64,000 nucleotides of DNA, from positions 67,188 through 131,187 of the forward strand of contig SHMW01000002.1 in NCBI GenBank assembly GCA_008080735.1, given 5' to 3'. The notes below the pieces were generated by a model. That model worked only from the letters and a program-made list of their open reading frames with translations, searched no databases and was not told the DNA's origin. The position numbers and the translations under genes were made by a program. Below, in pieces: positions 20,886-31,375 of the stretch (its first letter is position 1; every line of letters starts with the position of its first letter). Source of the stretch: Promethearchaeota archaeon. Lineage in GTDB: Archaea; Asgardarchaeota; Lokiarchaeia; Sigyniarchaeales; SOKP01.

Positions 20886-21632
20886 ATGAGCAAGATCGAT
20901 ATAGATGAGCTATTAAAAATACTCCCTAAACTCATCCGAGAAAATGATACAGTGAAAGGAGCAATTATCAGTGCGCTCTCTGGAGTGGTTGCCACACACG
21001 AAGATATTGTAGAATTGAATAAAGCGATGGACAAGCGATTCGAGGCAATGCAGAAGACGATGGACAAGCGATTCGAGGCGATGGACAAGCGATTCGAGGC
21101 AATGCAGAAGACGATGGACGAACGATTTGAGGCAATGCAGAAGACGATGGACAAGCGATTCGAGGCGATGGACAAGCGATTCGAGGCGATGGACAAGCGA
21201 TTCGAGACGATCGAAGTGGACATTTCAGAATTAAAAAACATGGTTGGAAATATTCAACAAACACTTGGAAAACCCTTTGAGCAATTTGCTCGTAATGTTG
21301 TGGTTAGAATTCTTGATGGAGAGGGTATGGAAAATGTACAATTAGAAAGTAGGAAATTCAGAGATCCAGAACGGTTCGTTTCTGAAGGGATCGAAGAGGT
21401 GGAGATAGATGGATTCTCTCTCACTCCTCCTATAGTGGTTGAAATAACATCTATATTGAGAAGTACGGAAAAAGTACACAAATTTCTAAGAAAGAAGGAA
21501 TTTTTAGAAAGAAAATATCAAAAAGACTTTCGAGGCTTCTTCATCGCAGCAAGCACAGAATTTCCGTCTGAAGAGATAGGTGAAATAACCGTTTTACTGC
21601 GCAAGAAGAATTCCGAACTACTAAATTTATAA
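20886..21632 (+). CDS. coiled-coil tandem-repeat protein with C-terminal PD-(D/E)XK-like domain (DUF3782/DUF1626-like)
   Basis: MDKRFEA/MQKT repeats followed by GKPFE...EIDG...VEITS. Confidence 0.75.
   Translation: MSKIDIDELLKILPKLIRENDTVKGAIISALSGVVATHEDIVELNKAMDKRFEAMQKTMDKRFEAMDKRFEAMQKTMDERFEAMQKTMDKRFEAMDKRFEAMDKRFETIEVDISELKNMVGNIQQTLGKPFEQFARNVVVRILDGEGMENVQLESRKFRDPERFVSEGIEEVEIDGFSLTPPIVVEITSILRSTEKVHKFLRKKEFLERKYQKDFRGFFIAASTEFPSEEIGEITVLLRKKNSELLNL
21027..21209 (+). repeat. coding tandem repeat: 7 x 21-bp (MDKRFEA) interleaved with 3 x 12-bp (MQKT)
   Basis: ATGGACAAGCGATTCGAGGC(G/A) and ATGCAGAAGACG units read directly. Confidence 0.95.
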
Positions 21633-21634
21633 AA

Positions 21635-22207
21635 CTAGCTCTCTTCGATTAATTTATCTATTTTTTTTGTGAACCGCTTTGCCGGACCATATAATTTAAT
21701 AGCCCATGTGAACCCTACTGCGGCGAATACAATTAGCATAAGATAGAATGGCCATAATCTGCTAAGATCCACTCCTTCTATGGCGAACATCACTGAAAAC
21801 ACGATAATATATAACACTATTGCTACAAGGAGAATAATTTTAATAAATATTCCCCCCACATAGCGGATATGCAAAAATGATTTATTCTCCCCTACTTGCG
21901 AAAGATATGCCTTCTTAAGCAAAGGCCTTTCATCTTGAGAAAGTATCCGATTGAAATCGTTTAGAAAGGATAAAACCCTTTTACCTAACTCGGTAAGGAT
22001 ATAGACTCCTTCGTCATCTTTGTCTATGAATCCACTTAAGAGTTTGAGATGATAATTGAGCTTACCGGACGAAATGGCAAAGTGATCTAATAAATCTGTA
22101 TAAGTCATCTCACTCTTCTCAAGCAGTCGCAATACTTCACGGCGGATTTCGTGGTTTAAAGCGTTTAAGATCACATCTTCAGAGGGAATTGAGATTTTCT
22201 TCACCAT
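21635..22207 (-). CDS. ArsR-type winged-HTH regulator with two C-terminal TM helices
   Basis: ALNHEIRREVL...YTDL...SGKLNYHLKLL...YILTELG followed by two hydrophobic stretches. Confidence 0.8.
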   Translation of the reverse strand: MVKKISIPSEDVILNALNHEIRREVLRLLEKSEMTYTDLLDHFAISSGKLNYHLKLLSGFIDKDDEGVYILTELGKRVLSFLNDFNRILSQDERPLLKKAYLSQVGENKSFLHIRYVGGIFIKIILLVAIVLYIIVFSVMFAIEGVDLSRLWPFYLMLIVFAAVGFTWAIKLYGPAKRFTKKIDKLIEES

Positions 22208-22295
22208 AGAGATAATTTTTCATAATAGGATGTTATGATAATAGACCAATATAAAAAAAAGGAGTTAATATAAAAAATTATTCTTTTCTAACGGA

Positions 22296-22544
22296 TTATG
22301 CCATTTTAGGAATCTCATCTGATTCGTTTCTCCGCATTCGACTTAACATATACAAGGAGACTAAAAGAACCACGATCCCAACTCCTATGAGCATTCCCTC
22401 GAGGAATGCAACCATACTGATCTCAGGACCGAATTGATACAAGATAAGGGAAATACACAAAGAACAAAGTCCTATCGGGAAAAAGAATTTTTTAATTATT
22501 ATTTCTCTCTCATCTGTATTTTTTAATAAGACCATTTGTACCAC
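22296..22544 (-). CDS. small two-TM membrane protein
   Basis: 82-aa ORF with two hydrophobic segments, co-oriented with the wHTH gene. Confidence 0.55.
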   Translation of the reverse strand: MVQMVLLKNTDEREIIIKKFFFPIGLCSLCISLILYQFGPEISMVAFLEGMLIGVGIVVLLVSLYMLSRMRRNESDEIPKMA

Positions 22545-22651
22545 CTTAGTTCATTCTTTTTTTAATTTTTAGTTGCTCTTTATTATAGAGCTTCAAAAAA
22601 GGAGAGTTTGACCACCTATTTAACACTTTTTGAAAAAAAAATTTGTGGAGT

Positions 22652-22671
22652 TTGTCAAATAAAATTGACAA
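22652..22671. promoter_or_regulatory. palindromic operator candidate TTGTCAA-N6-TTGACAA
   Basis: Perfect 7-bp inverted repeat in a divergent intergenic region next to a wHTH regulator unit. Confidence 0.4.
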
Positions 22672-22767
22672 TTAGCCTTGGGGTATTTCTTAACCTCTTT
22701 TTTGACTTTTTGTTTCCCATTTTAGAAATCAATTTAAATCATATAATATTTATTAGAGAAATTTGAG

Positions 22768-23673
22768 GTGATTTCAATTAAAAAAGGAATAATAGCTTTA
22801 ATAATAATCGCAATTATTAGCACCGCTGGACTCATTCTCTATTTCTATCCTACTCAAACTCAAACTAATTCGATGATTATCAATCACAATCACGCGCATC
22901 TAGAGGATTTAAGTGAAGTACCTCAAGAATGGATTGAAAAAGCTAAAAAAGAACTTAAAATTGTCTATTGGCACACTTCACATGGAAGTCAAATCACGAC
23001 GGGTATGAGTTCTTTGGATGCATTTATGGGCGATAAGGATGTATATGAATTCAATAGTGGAGGTTCTGAGGGTGCCCTACATTATTATGAGCCATCTATA
23101 GACTACGCAGAGAGACATCTTACTGGGAACACAGATGGGTTTGATGATACGACAAGATCATTTTTGGATTCTAATCCTGAATATAATGTAGTGATGTGGA
23201 GTTGGTGTGCATTAGACAAAAATAATGATTCTATCTCCGAATATCTTACTAATATGAATCAACTTGAATCTGAATACCCAGAAGTTACTTTTGTTTATAT
23301 GACTGGTCATTTGGAAGGTACTGGCGAGGAGGGGGCATTGCATTATTATAATGAAATGATCCGAGATTATTGTATTGTAAATAATAAAGCATTATACGAT
23401 TTTGCCGATATCGAAAGCTATGATCCCGATGATAATTATTTCCTTGATAAATCAGCAAATGATAATTGTGATTATGATAGTGATGGGAATGGCTATCGAG
23501 ATGCCAATTGGGCGGAAAATTGGCAAGAATCTCATAATGGCGTTGAAACGTATCCCGATGGCGGAGAGTGGTATGATTGCTCTCCCGCACATACCCAAGC
23601 AATCAACGGGAATATGAAAGCTTATGCTGCGTGGTATCTTTTTGCACGATTAGCGGGATGGGATGCTAAGTAA
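22768..23673 (+). CDS. membrane-anchored/secreted SGNH-like hydrolase-fold protein
   Basis: N-terminal TM/signal, HTSHGSQI, WSWC, LYDFADIES, Ca-binding-like DYDSDGNG, C-terminal His (AHTQ). Confidence 0.6.
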   Translation: MISIKKGIIALIIIAIISTAGLILYFYPTQTQTNSMIINHNHAHLEDLSEVPQEWIEKAKKELKIVYWHTSHGSQITTGMSSLDAFMGDKDVYEFNSGGSEGALHYYEPSIDYAERHLTGNTDGFDDTTRSFLDSNPEYNVVMWSWCALDKNNDSISEYLTNMNQLESEYPEVTFVYMTGHLEGTGEEGALHYYNEMIRDYCIVNNKALYDFADIESYDPDDNYFLDKSANDNCDYDSDGNGYRDANWAENWQESHNGVETYPDGGEWYDCSPAHTQAINGNMKAYAAWYLFARLAGWDAK

Positions 23674-23691
23674 GAACTTTTTAATTAATTT

Positions 23692-23859
23692 TTATTTTCT
23701 TTTTAGGAAAGATTTCCTATATTCTTCTAATATTTCATTAATAGTTAGTTTTTCAGCGAGAAAATTTAAAATTACTGATATTAAAACTCTTGTTCCCTTT
23801 ATATGAGTTTTTCCATGACAAACTTTTGGTTCAAATGAGATAAAATCTTTCCAATTCAT
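23692..23859 (-). pseudogene. truncated DUF433 antitoxin-like protein (55 aa; absent from the ORF track)
   Basis: MNWKDFISFEPKVCHGKTHIKGTRVLISVILNFLAEKLTINEILEEY matches the DUF433 pattern P-CHGKP-IKGTR; final helix missing. Confidence 0.7.
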
Positions 23860-24162
23860 TTTTATAAATTTAAAATGTAGTATTCTTTCCTAACTAACTA
23901 ATATTACGTTTTTAAATATAAAGAAATTATCCATTGATATAAATGATATTCGCTAACTGTAAAATCAATTATAAGATCTTATTTAGACCATAAATAGCGA
24001 CCAGTGTTTGAGATAAACGGTCAAAAGTTCGGATTACCTATATTACGAGAATTTTTACAAAGATATTATAACTTAACCCAGTTTTGTCTTAAGTAATTTA
24101 AAAAAAATATATCCTTTTCTTTTTATAATGCATGGAGAATATACATAGAGGAGATAGAAGCT

Positions 24163-24366
24163 ATGGAAGATGCTCTTGCTCTTATGGAGAGGTTATCTTC
24201 GAAAATTTTTAAATATAAATTTAATGAAAGAACTCAACGATTAATTGTAGAACTTTCCTCATCTATGTATGATGATCGTGATAAGAAGAAAAAAGACCTT
24301 GAAAAATTCATGAAAAAGAAATATAGACCGATTCTTTTCAAAAAACACGGTAAATCACCTTTTTAG
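24163..24366 (+). CDS. small basic hypothetical protein
   Basis: 67-aa ORF preceded by a GAGGAG RBS-like sequence. Confidence 0.45.
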   Translation: MEDALALMERLSSKIFKYKFNERTQRLIVELSSSMYDDRDKKKKDLEKFMKKKYRPILFKKHGKSPF

Positions 24367-24830
24367 AGTTCATTTTGACAAGTTTGTAAACCAATTATTT
24401 AAACTCAGTTTAGGTTGCCTTATAGATATATCTTTCTTAGGAAATCTTATTTTTTAATAAAAAATGCTATTAAAATTCTAATCTTTTTAGAATGTAGAAG
24501 AGAAAAAAACAACAGATATTTGTTTATTGATTTAATATGACTTTGCTAAAGTCAGCTCTCATTAAGTTTTAATCCACCTCTGGAAATCTTAGCCAAAATT
24601 ACTACAGAAAATACAATTTTTATCTTTCACTTCTGTTAATTGGTGTCTCTTATAATCGTTTTTTTGCTCAATTAGAATCTTTTTTTTGGATCATATTTAA
24701 ATGTGCGAATCACTATATATTAATTAGGAAGCGCAATATTTGAGTTCAATTTATATACTCTTAGGATTATTCTTCACAAGGTTTTTTCACACCATTAATA
24801 TTAATTAACAATCATCAAATAAGATTTCTA

Positions 24831-26852
24831 ATGACAGGAAATCCGTCTGATTTGGATACGGGTAAAGTAGAGAGGTCTAAATCTCAACAACTCGTGAATG
24901 GAAGATACGATGCGGAAGATATTAAGGTTTTAAAGGGGCTTGAAGGAGTTCGGCGGAGGCCCGCTATGTATATTGGCGATACAGGAACTAAAGGATTGCA
25001 TCATCTTATTTTTGAAGTTCTCGATAATTCTGTGGATGAAGCCATCGCAGGATTTGCCGATTACATTAAAGTCACCTTTTTTGAGGATGGGTCGGTTCAA
25101 ATAAAGGATAACGGGCGGGGTATTCCAGTGGATAACCATAAGGAATACGATAAACCCGCTGTCGAAGTTATTATGGAACACTTGCATTCGGGGGGAAAAT
25201 TCGATAATAAAAGCTATAAAATATCGGGAGGTCTTCACGGAGTAGGATTGTCCGTTGTGAATGCGTTAGCTGAATGGCTGGTTGTAGAAATTAATCGCGA
25301 TGGTCATTGTTACACACAGAGATTTGCCAAGGGATATAAAGCTTCAGAGCCAGAAATAACGCCTTGCGACGAGGACCAGCACGGAACGCTTATCAGGTTT
25401 TTCCCAGATTCAGAAATTTTTACATTCGATAGCGAAGATGAAGAGACATTTAATTTTGATACCATTGCAAATCGGATGAGGGAATTAGCTTTTCTCACTC
25501 CACAAGCGAAATTCGAGATATATAATCGTATAACGGAAGAACGGGAAGTTTTTCATTATGAGGGCGGATTAAAAGAGTTTATTAAGCACTTGAATCAAGA
25601 TAAAAAATCCTTACATAATCAAATAATTCATATCCAAGATAATTACGAAGAAAAGGGAGATGTTGTAGAAATCGAAATAGCGATGCAATATACCCAAGGC
25701 TATCAGACAAATCTCCTTACATATTGCAATACCATTAACACCATTGAAGGAGGCACACACCTTACGGGTTTTAAGTCAGCATTAACAAGAACACTAAATT
25801 CTTACGTAGAGGAATTTATGGCAAAAAAATATCAAAAACATTCTTTAAGTGGCAGCGACACAAGAGAGGGACTTTCCGCGGTCATTTCCATTAAACTTCC
25901 GGACCCCCAATTTGAAAGTCAAACGAAGATTAAATTAGGAAATCCCGAAGCCCGCCAAGCAGTAAGCCAAGTACTTTCCGATGAATTAATGAAATTTCTG
26001 GAGCAGAATCCGGACGTAGGTCAAAAGATTGTAAAAAAATCGATCGATGCAAAGAAAGCCCGTGAGGCCGCCAAGAAAGCAAGACAATTAATCAGAAGAA
26101 AGTCTGCATTAGATAATGCGCGCATGCCTGGAAAATTAGCAGATTGTTCTTCTAGTAATCCAGAAGAATGTGAGATTTTTATAGTAGAAGGAGATTCTGC
26201 TGGAGGTTCTGCCAAACAGGGCAGAGATCGAACATATCAAGCGATATTACCTATTCGAGGTAAGATCTTAAATGTTGAAAAGGCCCGTATTGATAGGATC
26301 CTACGCAACAATGAAATTCAAGCCATCATCAAAGCTTTGGGAGTGGGTATCCAAGGGGTAAGTGAGGAAGATTTTGATATTGAAAAACTACGGTATCACA
26401 AAGTAATTATCTTTTGCGATGCAGATGTTGACGGAGCACATATCGAGACACTCCTATTAACATTCTTTTTCCGATATATGCGACCGCTTATTGACAATGG
26501 GTATTTATATGTCGCGGCTCCTCCCTTATATAAACTAAGCTATCGGAGTACGGAGCAGTATGTCTATACCGATAAGCAGCGAGATAAGGTAATGGAAGAG
26601 ATTGTGGATAAGTATGATCTCGAGAATAGAAGTTCTATAAAAATAAAACGATACAAAGGGTTAGGGGAGATGTCTCCCGATGAGCTTTATCGCACTACCA
26701 TGAATAAAGAAACTCGGATCCTAAAACGGATTGTATACGAGGATCACTTGGAGACTGACCAAACCTTTACACGATTAATGGGTAAAGAAGTGACGCCCAG
26801 AAAGAAATTTATCATCAATAATTATGATGAAGTAAATATATTGGATATTTAA
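24831..26852 (+). CDS. gyrB: DNA gyrase subunit B
   Basis: VRRRPAMYIG, EVLDNSVDE, DNGRGIP, GGLHGVG, VEGDSAGGSA, DADVDG, RYKGLGEM. Confidence 0.97.
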   Translation: MTGNPSDLDTGKVERSKSQQLVNGRYDAEDIKVLKGLEGVRRRPAMYIGDTGTKGLHHLIFEVLDNSVDEAIAGFADYIKVTFFEDGSVQIKDNGRGIPVDNHKEYDKPAVEVIMEHLHSGGKFDNKSYKISGGLHGVGLSVVNALAEWLVVEINRDGHCYTQRFAKGYKASEPEITPCDEDQHGTLIRFFPDSEIFTFDSEDEETFNFDTIANRMRELAFLTPQAKFEIYNRITEEREVFHYEGGLKEFIKHLNQDKKSLHNQIIHIQDNYEEKGDVVEIEIAMQYTQGYQTNLLTYCNTINTIEGGTHLTGFKSALTRTLNSYVEEFMAKKYQKHSLSGSDTREGLSAVISIKLPDPQFESQTKIKLGNPEARQAVSQVLSDELMKFLEQNPDVGQKIVKKSIDAKKAREAAKKARQLIRRKSALDNARMPGKLADCSSSNPEECEIFIVEGDSAGGSAKQGRDRTYQAILPIRGKILNVEKARIDRILRNNEIQAIIKALGVGIQGVSEEDFDIEKLRYHKVIIFCDADVDGAHIETLLLTFFFRYMRPLIDNGYLYVAAPPLYKLSYRSTEQYVYTDKQRDKVMEEIVDKYDLENRSSIKIKRYKGLGEMSPDELYRTTMNKETRILKRIVYEDHLETDQTFTRLMGKEVTPRKKFIINNYDEVNILDI

Positions 26853-26898
26853 TTTGCTATATTTAAATTCTAAATTCTATTATTAAGAGTGCGTATTT

Positions 26899-29325
26899 TT
26901 GACAACGGAAAATATAAAGGACATTCGACTTAAGGAAGAGATGGAAAACAGCTATATCGACTATGCTATGTCGGTTGTGGTTGGAAGGGCAATCCCAGAT
27001 GTGAGAGACGGATTAAAACCTGTACATAGACGTATTATCTGGTCCATGACCGATAATAACCACTTTTACAACCGACCGCACGTAAAGTCTGCCAGAATCG
27101 TCGGGGACACTTTAGGAAAATATCATCCTCACGGCGATGCGGCGGTGTATAATAGTTTAGTACGTATGGCCCAAGACTTTTCAATGCGGTATCCCTTGAT
27201 GGATCCACAAGGAAATTTTGGTTCTATTGACGGAGACCCGCCGGCAGCAATGCGATATACGGAAACACGGTTATCTCGTATCGCAAATGAGATGGTGGAG
27301 GATATTGATCGAGACACGGTTGATTTTCAACCTAACTTTGATAATAGTTTAGAAGAACCCGAATATTTACCATCAAAACTTCCAAATGTATTAATAAATG
27401 GTACAAAAGGAATTGCGGTGGGAATGTCCACTTCAATGGCACCCCATAACCTGATAGAGGTGTGCCAAGGAATTATCTCGACCATTGATAATCCCGATAT
27501 CTCAATCGAAGAACTAATGGAGATTATCAAGGGCCCCGATTTTCCCACAGGAGGGATAATTACTAATACCAACGGTATCTACAATGCGTACTCAACGGGA
27601 ACTGGGCGAATCCCTATTAAAGGGAAAGTTGGATTAGAAGAAAAAGGGAATAAAAGAAGGCTAATCATTACTGAAATTCCTTATCTGCTCAATAAATCCT
27701 CTCTTATCGAACAAATTGCGAATTTAATCAAAGAAGGAATCATTAAGGATGTGTCCGATATGAGAGACGAGTCTGATAGGAAAGGGATGCGTATAGTATT
27801 AGATTTGACCCGTAAAGCCCAGCCAAAAATCATTGAAAATATTCTCTACAAACGTTCTCGCTTGTTTACGAGCTTTAGCATTATCAACTTGGTTTTGATT
27901 AATGGTGGGAAGCAACCTAAGATCCTCACCTTAAAGGAAATGATTCAAGAATATATTAATCATCGATTAGATATCGTGTATCGGAGAAATCAGTATGAAC
28001 TCAAGAAAGCAAAAAAACGACTTCATAAGGTCGAAGGGCTTATCATCGCGTTAAATGACATTGATAACGTTGTGAACATCATAAAAGGTGCTGCCGACAG
28101 AAATGACGCCGAGCAAAAGCTAATGGACAAATACAAGCTCTCGGAGATACAAGTCAAAGCTATTTTAAGTATGCCTCTCTCACGTCTTACAAATTTAGAA
28201 CAGCAAAAATTATTTGATGAAGAAAAAGAACTTAAGGCAAATATCAAAGAATTTGAAAATATTTTAGCAAGCAAGCAGCGAAGACTCGACATTATAAAAG
28301 AAGAACTCGCCGAAATAAGTAAAACGTATGGAGACGAAAGAAGAACACAGATTATCGAGCAAAGAGCAATAAAGGACATCTCTAAAATAGATTTAATTAA
28401 AAAAGAGCCCACCATTGTCATTTTTACGAAAAATCATTACATTAAACGGATTTCTATTAAGGAGTATAGAACACAAAATCGAGGCGGGAGGGGGAAAAAA
28501 GGAATGGAAGTGGATGATGAAGATTTTATTAATGATTTATTTGTGTGTTCCACCCACGATACGATCCTTTTCTTTACCTCAAAAGGGCGCATCTACTCAA
28601 TCAGATGTTTTGAAATTCCCCAACAAACCCGTACCGCAAAAGGAAAACCCGTCGTAAATATCATTAAATTACGAGATGATGAGGAGATCTCAGAGATGAT
28701 CCCGATTAATAACTTTAACACCGATGACAGGCTTATAATGGTTACCCGGAACGGGACGGTTAAAAAGATTAGATTAAAAATGTTTTCAAAGGTTCAGAGT
28801 ACAGGTATTCGGGCACAACGGATTCGGAAGGATGATAAATTAGTGAGCGTGAAAAAGCTTTCTAATGAGCTGCAAGATATTTTTATCGCGACAAAAAAGG
28901 GATATGCGATACGATTTGATGAGTCTGAATTACGGGATTTGGGAAGAAATGCGATTGGTGTCCGAGGAGCTGATCTTCGGGAAGATGATGAAGTTGTGGA
29001 TTCATTGCTTGTAACAGATGATGATATAGTGCTAACGATTACCGAAAAAGGAAATGGCCAACGGACTTATATCAAGGAATATCGGAAGACGGGTCGAGCT
29101 GCGAAAGGTGTGAAAAATATAAGCTTAAGCGAGGACGATCAAGTGATTGCGGTTCGGATTGCTAAGGTAAAAGATCTTATCGTGGGAACGGAGCAAGGTC
29201 AAGTGATCAGAGTACCCGTGGAATCAATTCGGATCACTCACAGGAAGGCGAAAGGAGTTCGAGTCATTAATCTCTATGAAGATGATTCGGTCTCAGCTAT
29301 TGGTAAATGCGCGAAAAAAATTTAG
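26899..29325 (+). CDS. gyrA: DNA gyrase subunit A
   Basis: RAIPDVRDGLKPVHRR, YHPHGD, catalytic AAMRYTE, GyrA-box QNRGGRG, beta-pinwheel CTD repeats. Confidence 0.97.
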   Translation: MTTENIKDIRLKEEMENSYIDYAMSVVVGRAIPDVRDGLKPVHRRIIWSMTDNNHFYNRPHVKSARIVGDTLGKYHPHGDAAVYNSLVRMAQDFSMRYPLMDPQGNFGSIDGDPPAAMRYTETRLSRIANEMVEDIDRDTVDFQPNFDNSLEEPEYLPSKLPNVLINGTKGIAVGMSTSMAPHNLIEVCQGIISTIDNPDISIEELMEIIKGPDFPTGGIITNTNGIYNAYSTGTGRIPIKGKVGLEEKGNKRRLIITEIPYLLNKSSLIEQIANLIKEGIIKDVSDMRDESDRKGMRIVLDLTRKAQPKIIENILYKRSRLFTSFSIINLVLINGGKQPKILTLKEMIQEYINHRLDIVYRRNQYELKKAKKRLHKVEGLIIALNDIDNVVNIIKGAADRNDAEQKLMDKYKLSEIQVKAILSMPLSRLTNLEQQKLFDEEKELKANIKEFENILASKQRRLDIIKEELAEISKTYGDERRTQIIEQRAIKDISKIDLIKKEPTIVIFTKNHYIKRISIKEYRTQNRGGRGKKGMEVDDEDFINDLFVCSTHDTILFFTSKGRIYSIRCFEIPQQTRTAKGKPVVNIIKLRDDEEISEMIPINNFNTDDRLIMVTRNGTVKKIRLKMFSKVQSTGIRAQRIRKDDKLVSVKKLSNELQDIFIATKKGYAIRFDESELRDLGRNAIGVRGADLREDDEVVDSLLVTDDDIVLTITEKGNGQRTYIKEYRKTGRAAKGVKNISLSEDDQVIAVRIAKVKDLIVGTEQGQVIRVPVESIRITHRKAKGVRVINLYEDDSVSAIGKCAKKI

Positions 29326-29403
29326 TTTTTAAAATTATTATTTCTCTTTTTCAAAAAACTCTTTTTATCAATTATTTATAACGTTTTTTACCATTTTTCT
29401 CAC

Positions 29404-29881
29404 AGAAAGCTATGTCCTTTAGGGAATGGATGAATGCGTGTAAAAATCGCTAAACTCAAGCAGGTGTACCCTTTTTATCCTATTTCATGTATTTATCTAT
29501 AATGGAATATCGAAAAGACCCCCATAGAGTCTATTCCCTCATCTATGACCTAATCGTTATAGGAAAACGCCGTCATCCCGTGTGTATAAAAGAGACCAGG
29601 AGGAGTGAAGCTCTAAAAATTAGGGTTCTTGACTTATCACAGAATTTTGAGGGAAAGGTGGTGGAAATCGAATGTGGTACGCATCATCACCAGGATAAGA
29701 ACACTTCTACTAATAGTAAGAAAGAGGGCTTACGCATCTTAGAGGAAAGAGGTATCACTGTCATTTCATGACCTACCATAGGGACTACGGGAAGTCACGC
29801 TTGTGGAGATCGTATAAGACACCATTTAGATGCGTTCGGCAAGGAAGCAAGAATCACGCTCCTTTAGGGGCTGGTAGTTCA
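29404..29881 (+). mobile_element. internally deleted IS200/IS605 element (tnpA 5' end fused to tnpB 3' end)
   Basis: Left-end hairpin TGTCCTTTAGGGAA; right-end CACGCTCCTTTAGGGGCTGGTAGTTCA; ORF 29487-29771 joins TnpA-like MEYRKDPHRVYSLIYDL to TnpB-like CGTHHHQDKNTSTN..EGLRIL. Confidence 0.85.
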
Positions 29882-29900
29882 ATTCAATTCTTTCAAATTC
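29700..29900 (+). ncRNA. putative TnpB omega/reRNA scaffold plus flanking guide
   Basis: Overlaps the tnpB 3' end and the right end (GGGACTACGGGAAGTCACGCTTGTGGAGA...GAAGCAAGAATC...); boundaries approximate. Confidence 0.5.
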
Positions 29901-29995
29901 TGAATATAATCATCATTAGTTTTTTTAATCTGATCGAATTTTGAAAGATTTAAGTATCAGAAGAGTCTATTATAATCCAATTATAGAATATTTTT

Positions 29996-31252
29996 TTGTA
30001 TAACCTCAAGTTTGAGAAAATGTCTCCCCCGAGTGAATTAGTTAAAGCAATTTCGCAAGATGAGCAAATTATCTATTTTTCAGGACAACTAGAAAGTAAG
30101 CAAACTACACACAGTTATGTGAAACTGTCGTTAATTTTAGCTATTTTTCTGTTCATTACGTTCGAAATTACCTTCAATTTAACTTTCATTGACCAATTTG
30201 ATGAATGGTATGAATTGGTTTTTTTACTATTTCCGTTTCTCTTTTTTTTAATACCAATTGTATTGTATTTAAGCAGAGACAAAAATTACAAATATTTTGC
30301 AATAACTGATAATAATATTTATATTTTGGAGTATCAAAAATATCATAATCAATATGTTCCTAATGTGTATAAAATAACATTAAGCAGAATACGCGGATTC
30401 TCATATCTCCCCTATAAGAAGGATAAGGACCTCGGAGGACTTCTACTCATAGAGGAGAACACTGAACGTCCTCCTAGGTATAAATCCGCAAAAAACATTT
30501 ATTCATTACCCAATATACCCCATTTCACCTCATTTCAAATTCTTTTCGAATCTTCTCTCTATGAATATGGGGAGATTGAAGAGAAGTGGAACAATCTAAT
30601 TGCAAAGACCGGGCTGAAGGAGCCGATCGAAATTCATATCTCACAGACACGGTTAGATGAGATTAAATCACGCATTAAACGTTATATTATGTATTTGATT
30701 GTTCTTCCAATAATATGCCTTCTTCCTCTATTCCTAAGATTTTTTCAAATTTCTCTTTTCAGCATCCTTGGGATAGGGTTAGAAATCATCATCTATATCA
30801 TATTAATGATTGTATCTGCATCAATTATAGGAATATATCTGTGGAATAGCTTTTATTATAAGGCAAGAGCCAAACCACAACACACTATATTAAGACTTGA
30901 GAAAAATAACATTTTTGTTGAACTTAATTCAGAGAAGTTAATCGAAAAAACAGATACTACATACATAGCTTATTCATCCTTAAGAGGAGTTTTATCGCTA
31001 TTAAAATCTCAAAATATCTGGGAAGATTGGTACGATAGTATCGTGATTAAACCATCTTCCTCCTCAAAGAACAATTTTTTCTTTGGTCCAATAGAGAATT
31101 TTTCATATAATTTCGAACTTACGCTTTATTATCTACTCCTCTCAAAAGCTCGGGAAGGAAGATTATTCGGAAAAAATAGAATTTTTGAATATAAAGCAGA
31201 GCAAGAAGAAATAATCGATTTTGAAGAGAAGATTCGTTTCCAAAAAAATTAA
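29996..31252 (+). CDS. hypothetical membrane protein with repeated 2TM + bPH-like modules
   Basis: Two pairs of TM helices, each followed by a beta-rich segment (YFAITDNNIYI). Confidence 0.6.
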   Translation: MYNLKFEKMSPPSELVKAISQDEQIIYFSGQLESKQTTHSYVKLSLILAIFLFITFEITFNLTFIDQFDEWYELVFLLFPFLFFLIPIVLYLSRDKNYKYFAITDNNIYILEYQKYHNQYVPNVYKITLSRIRGFSYLPYKKDKDLGGLLLIEENTERPPRYKSAKNIYSLPNIPHFTSFQILFESSLYEYGEIEEKWNNLIAKTGLKEPIEIHISQTRLDEIKSRIKRYIMYLIVLPIICLLPLFLRFFQISLFSILGIGLEIIIYIILMIVSASIIGIYLWNSFYYKARAKPQHTILRLEKNNIFVELNSEKLIEKTDTTYIAYSSLRGVLSLLKSQNIWEDWYDSIVIKPSSSSKNNFFFGPIENFSYNFELTLYYLLLSKAREGRLFGKNRIFEYKAEQEEIIDFEEKIRFQKN

Positions 31253-31375
31253 AAACGCCTTCAAATTTGGGCGATTAAAGAGGAGAATAATTGATTGGAA
31301 AAATTACACACAAAAGAAGACATATTAAAAAATCAGAATTCCTTTTAATAAAATATTGGAAAGAGATGATTATAT

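Noticed and set aside
21027-21209. Possible CRISPR array
   Set aside because: Units are in-frame coding repeats with no unique spacers, and no cas genes are nearby.
29487-29771. Functional TnpA transposase
   Set aside because: Lacks an intact HUH motif and the catalytic Tyr; it is a TnpA/TnpB deletion chimera.
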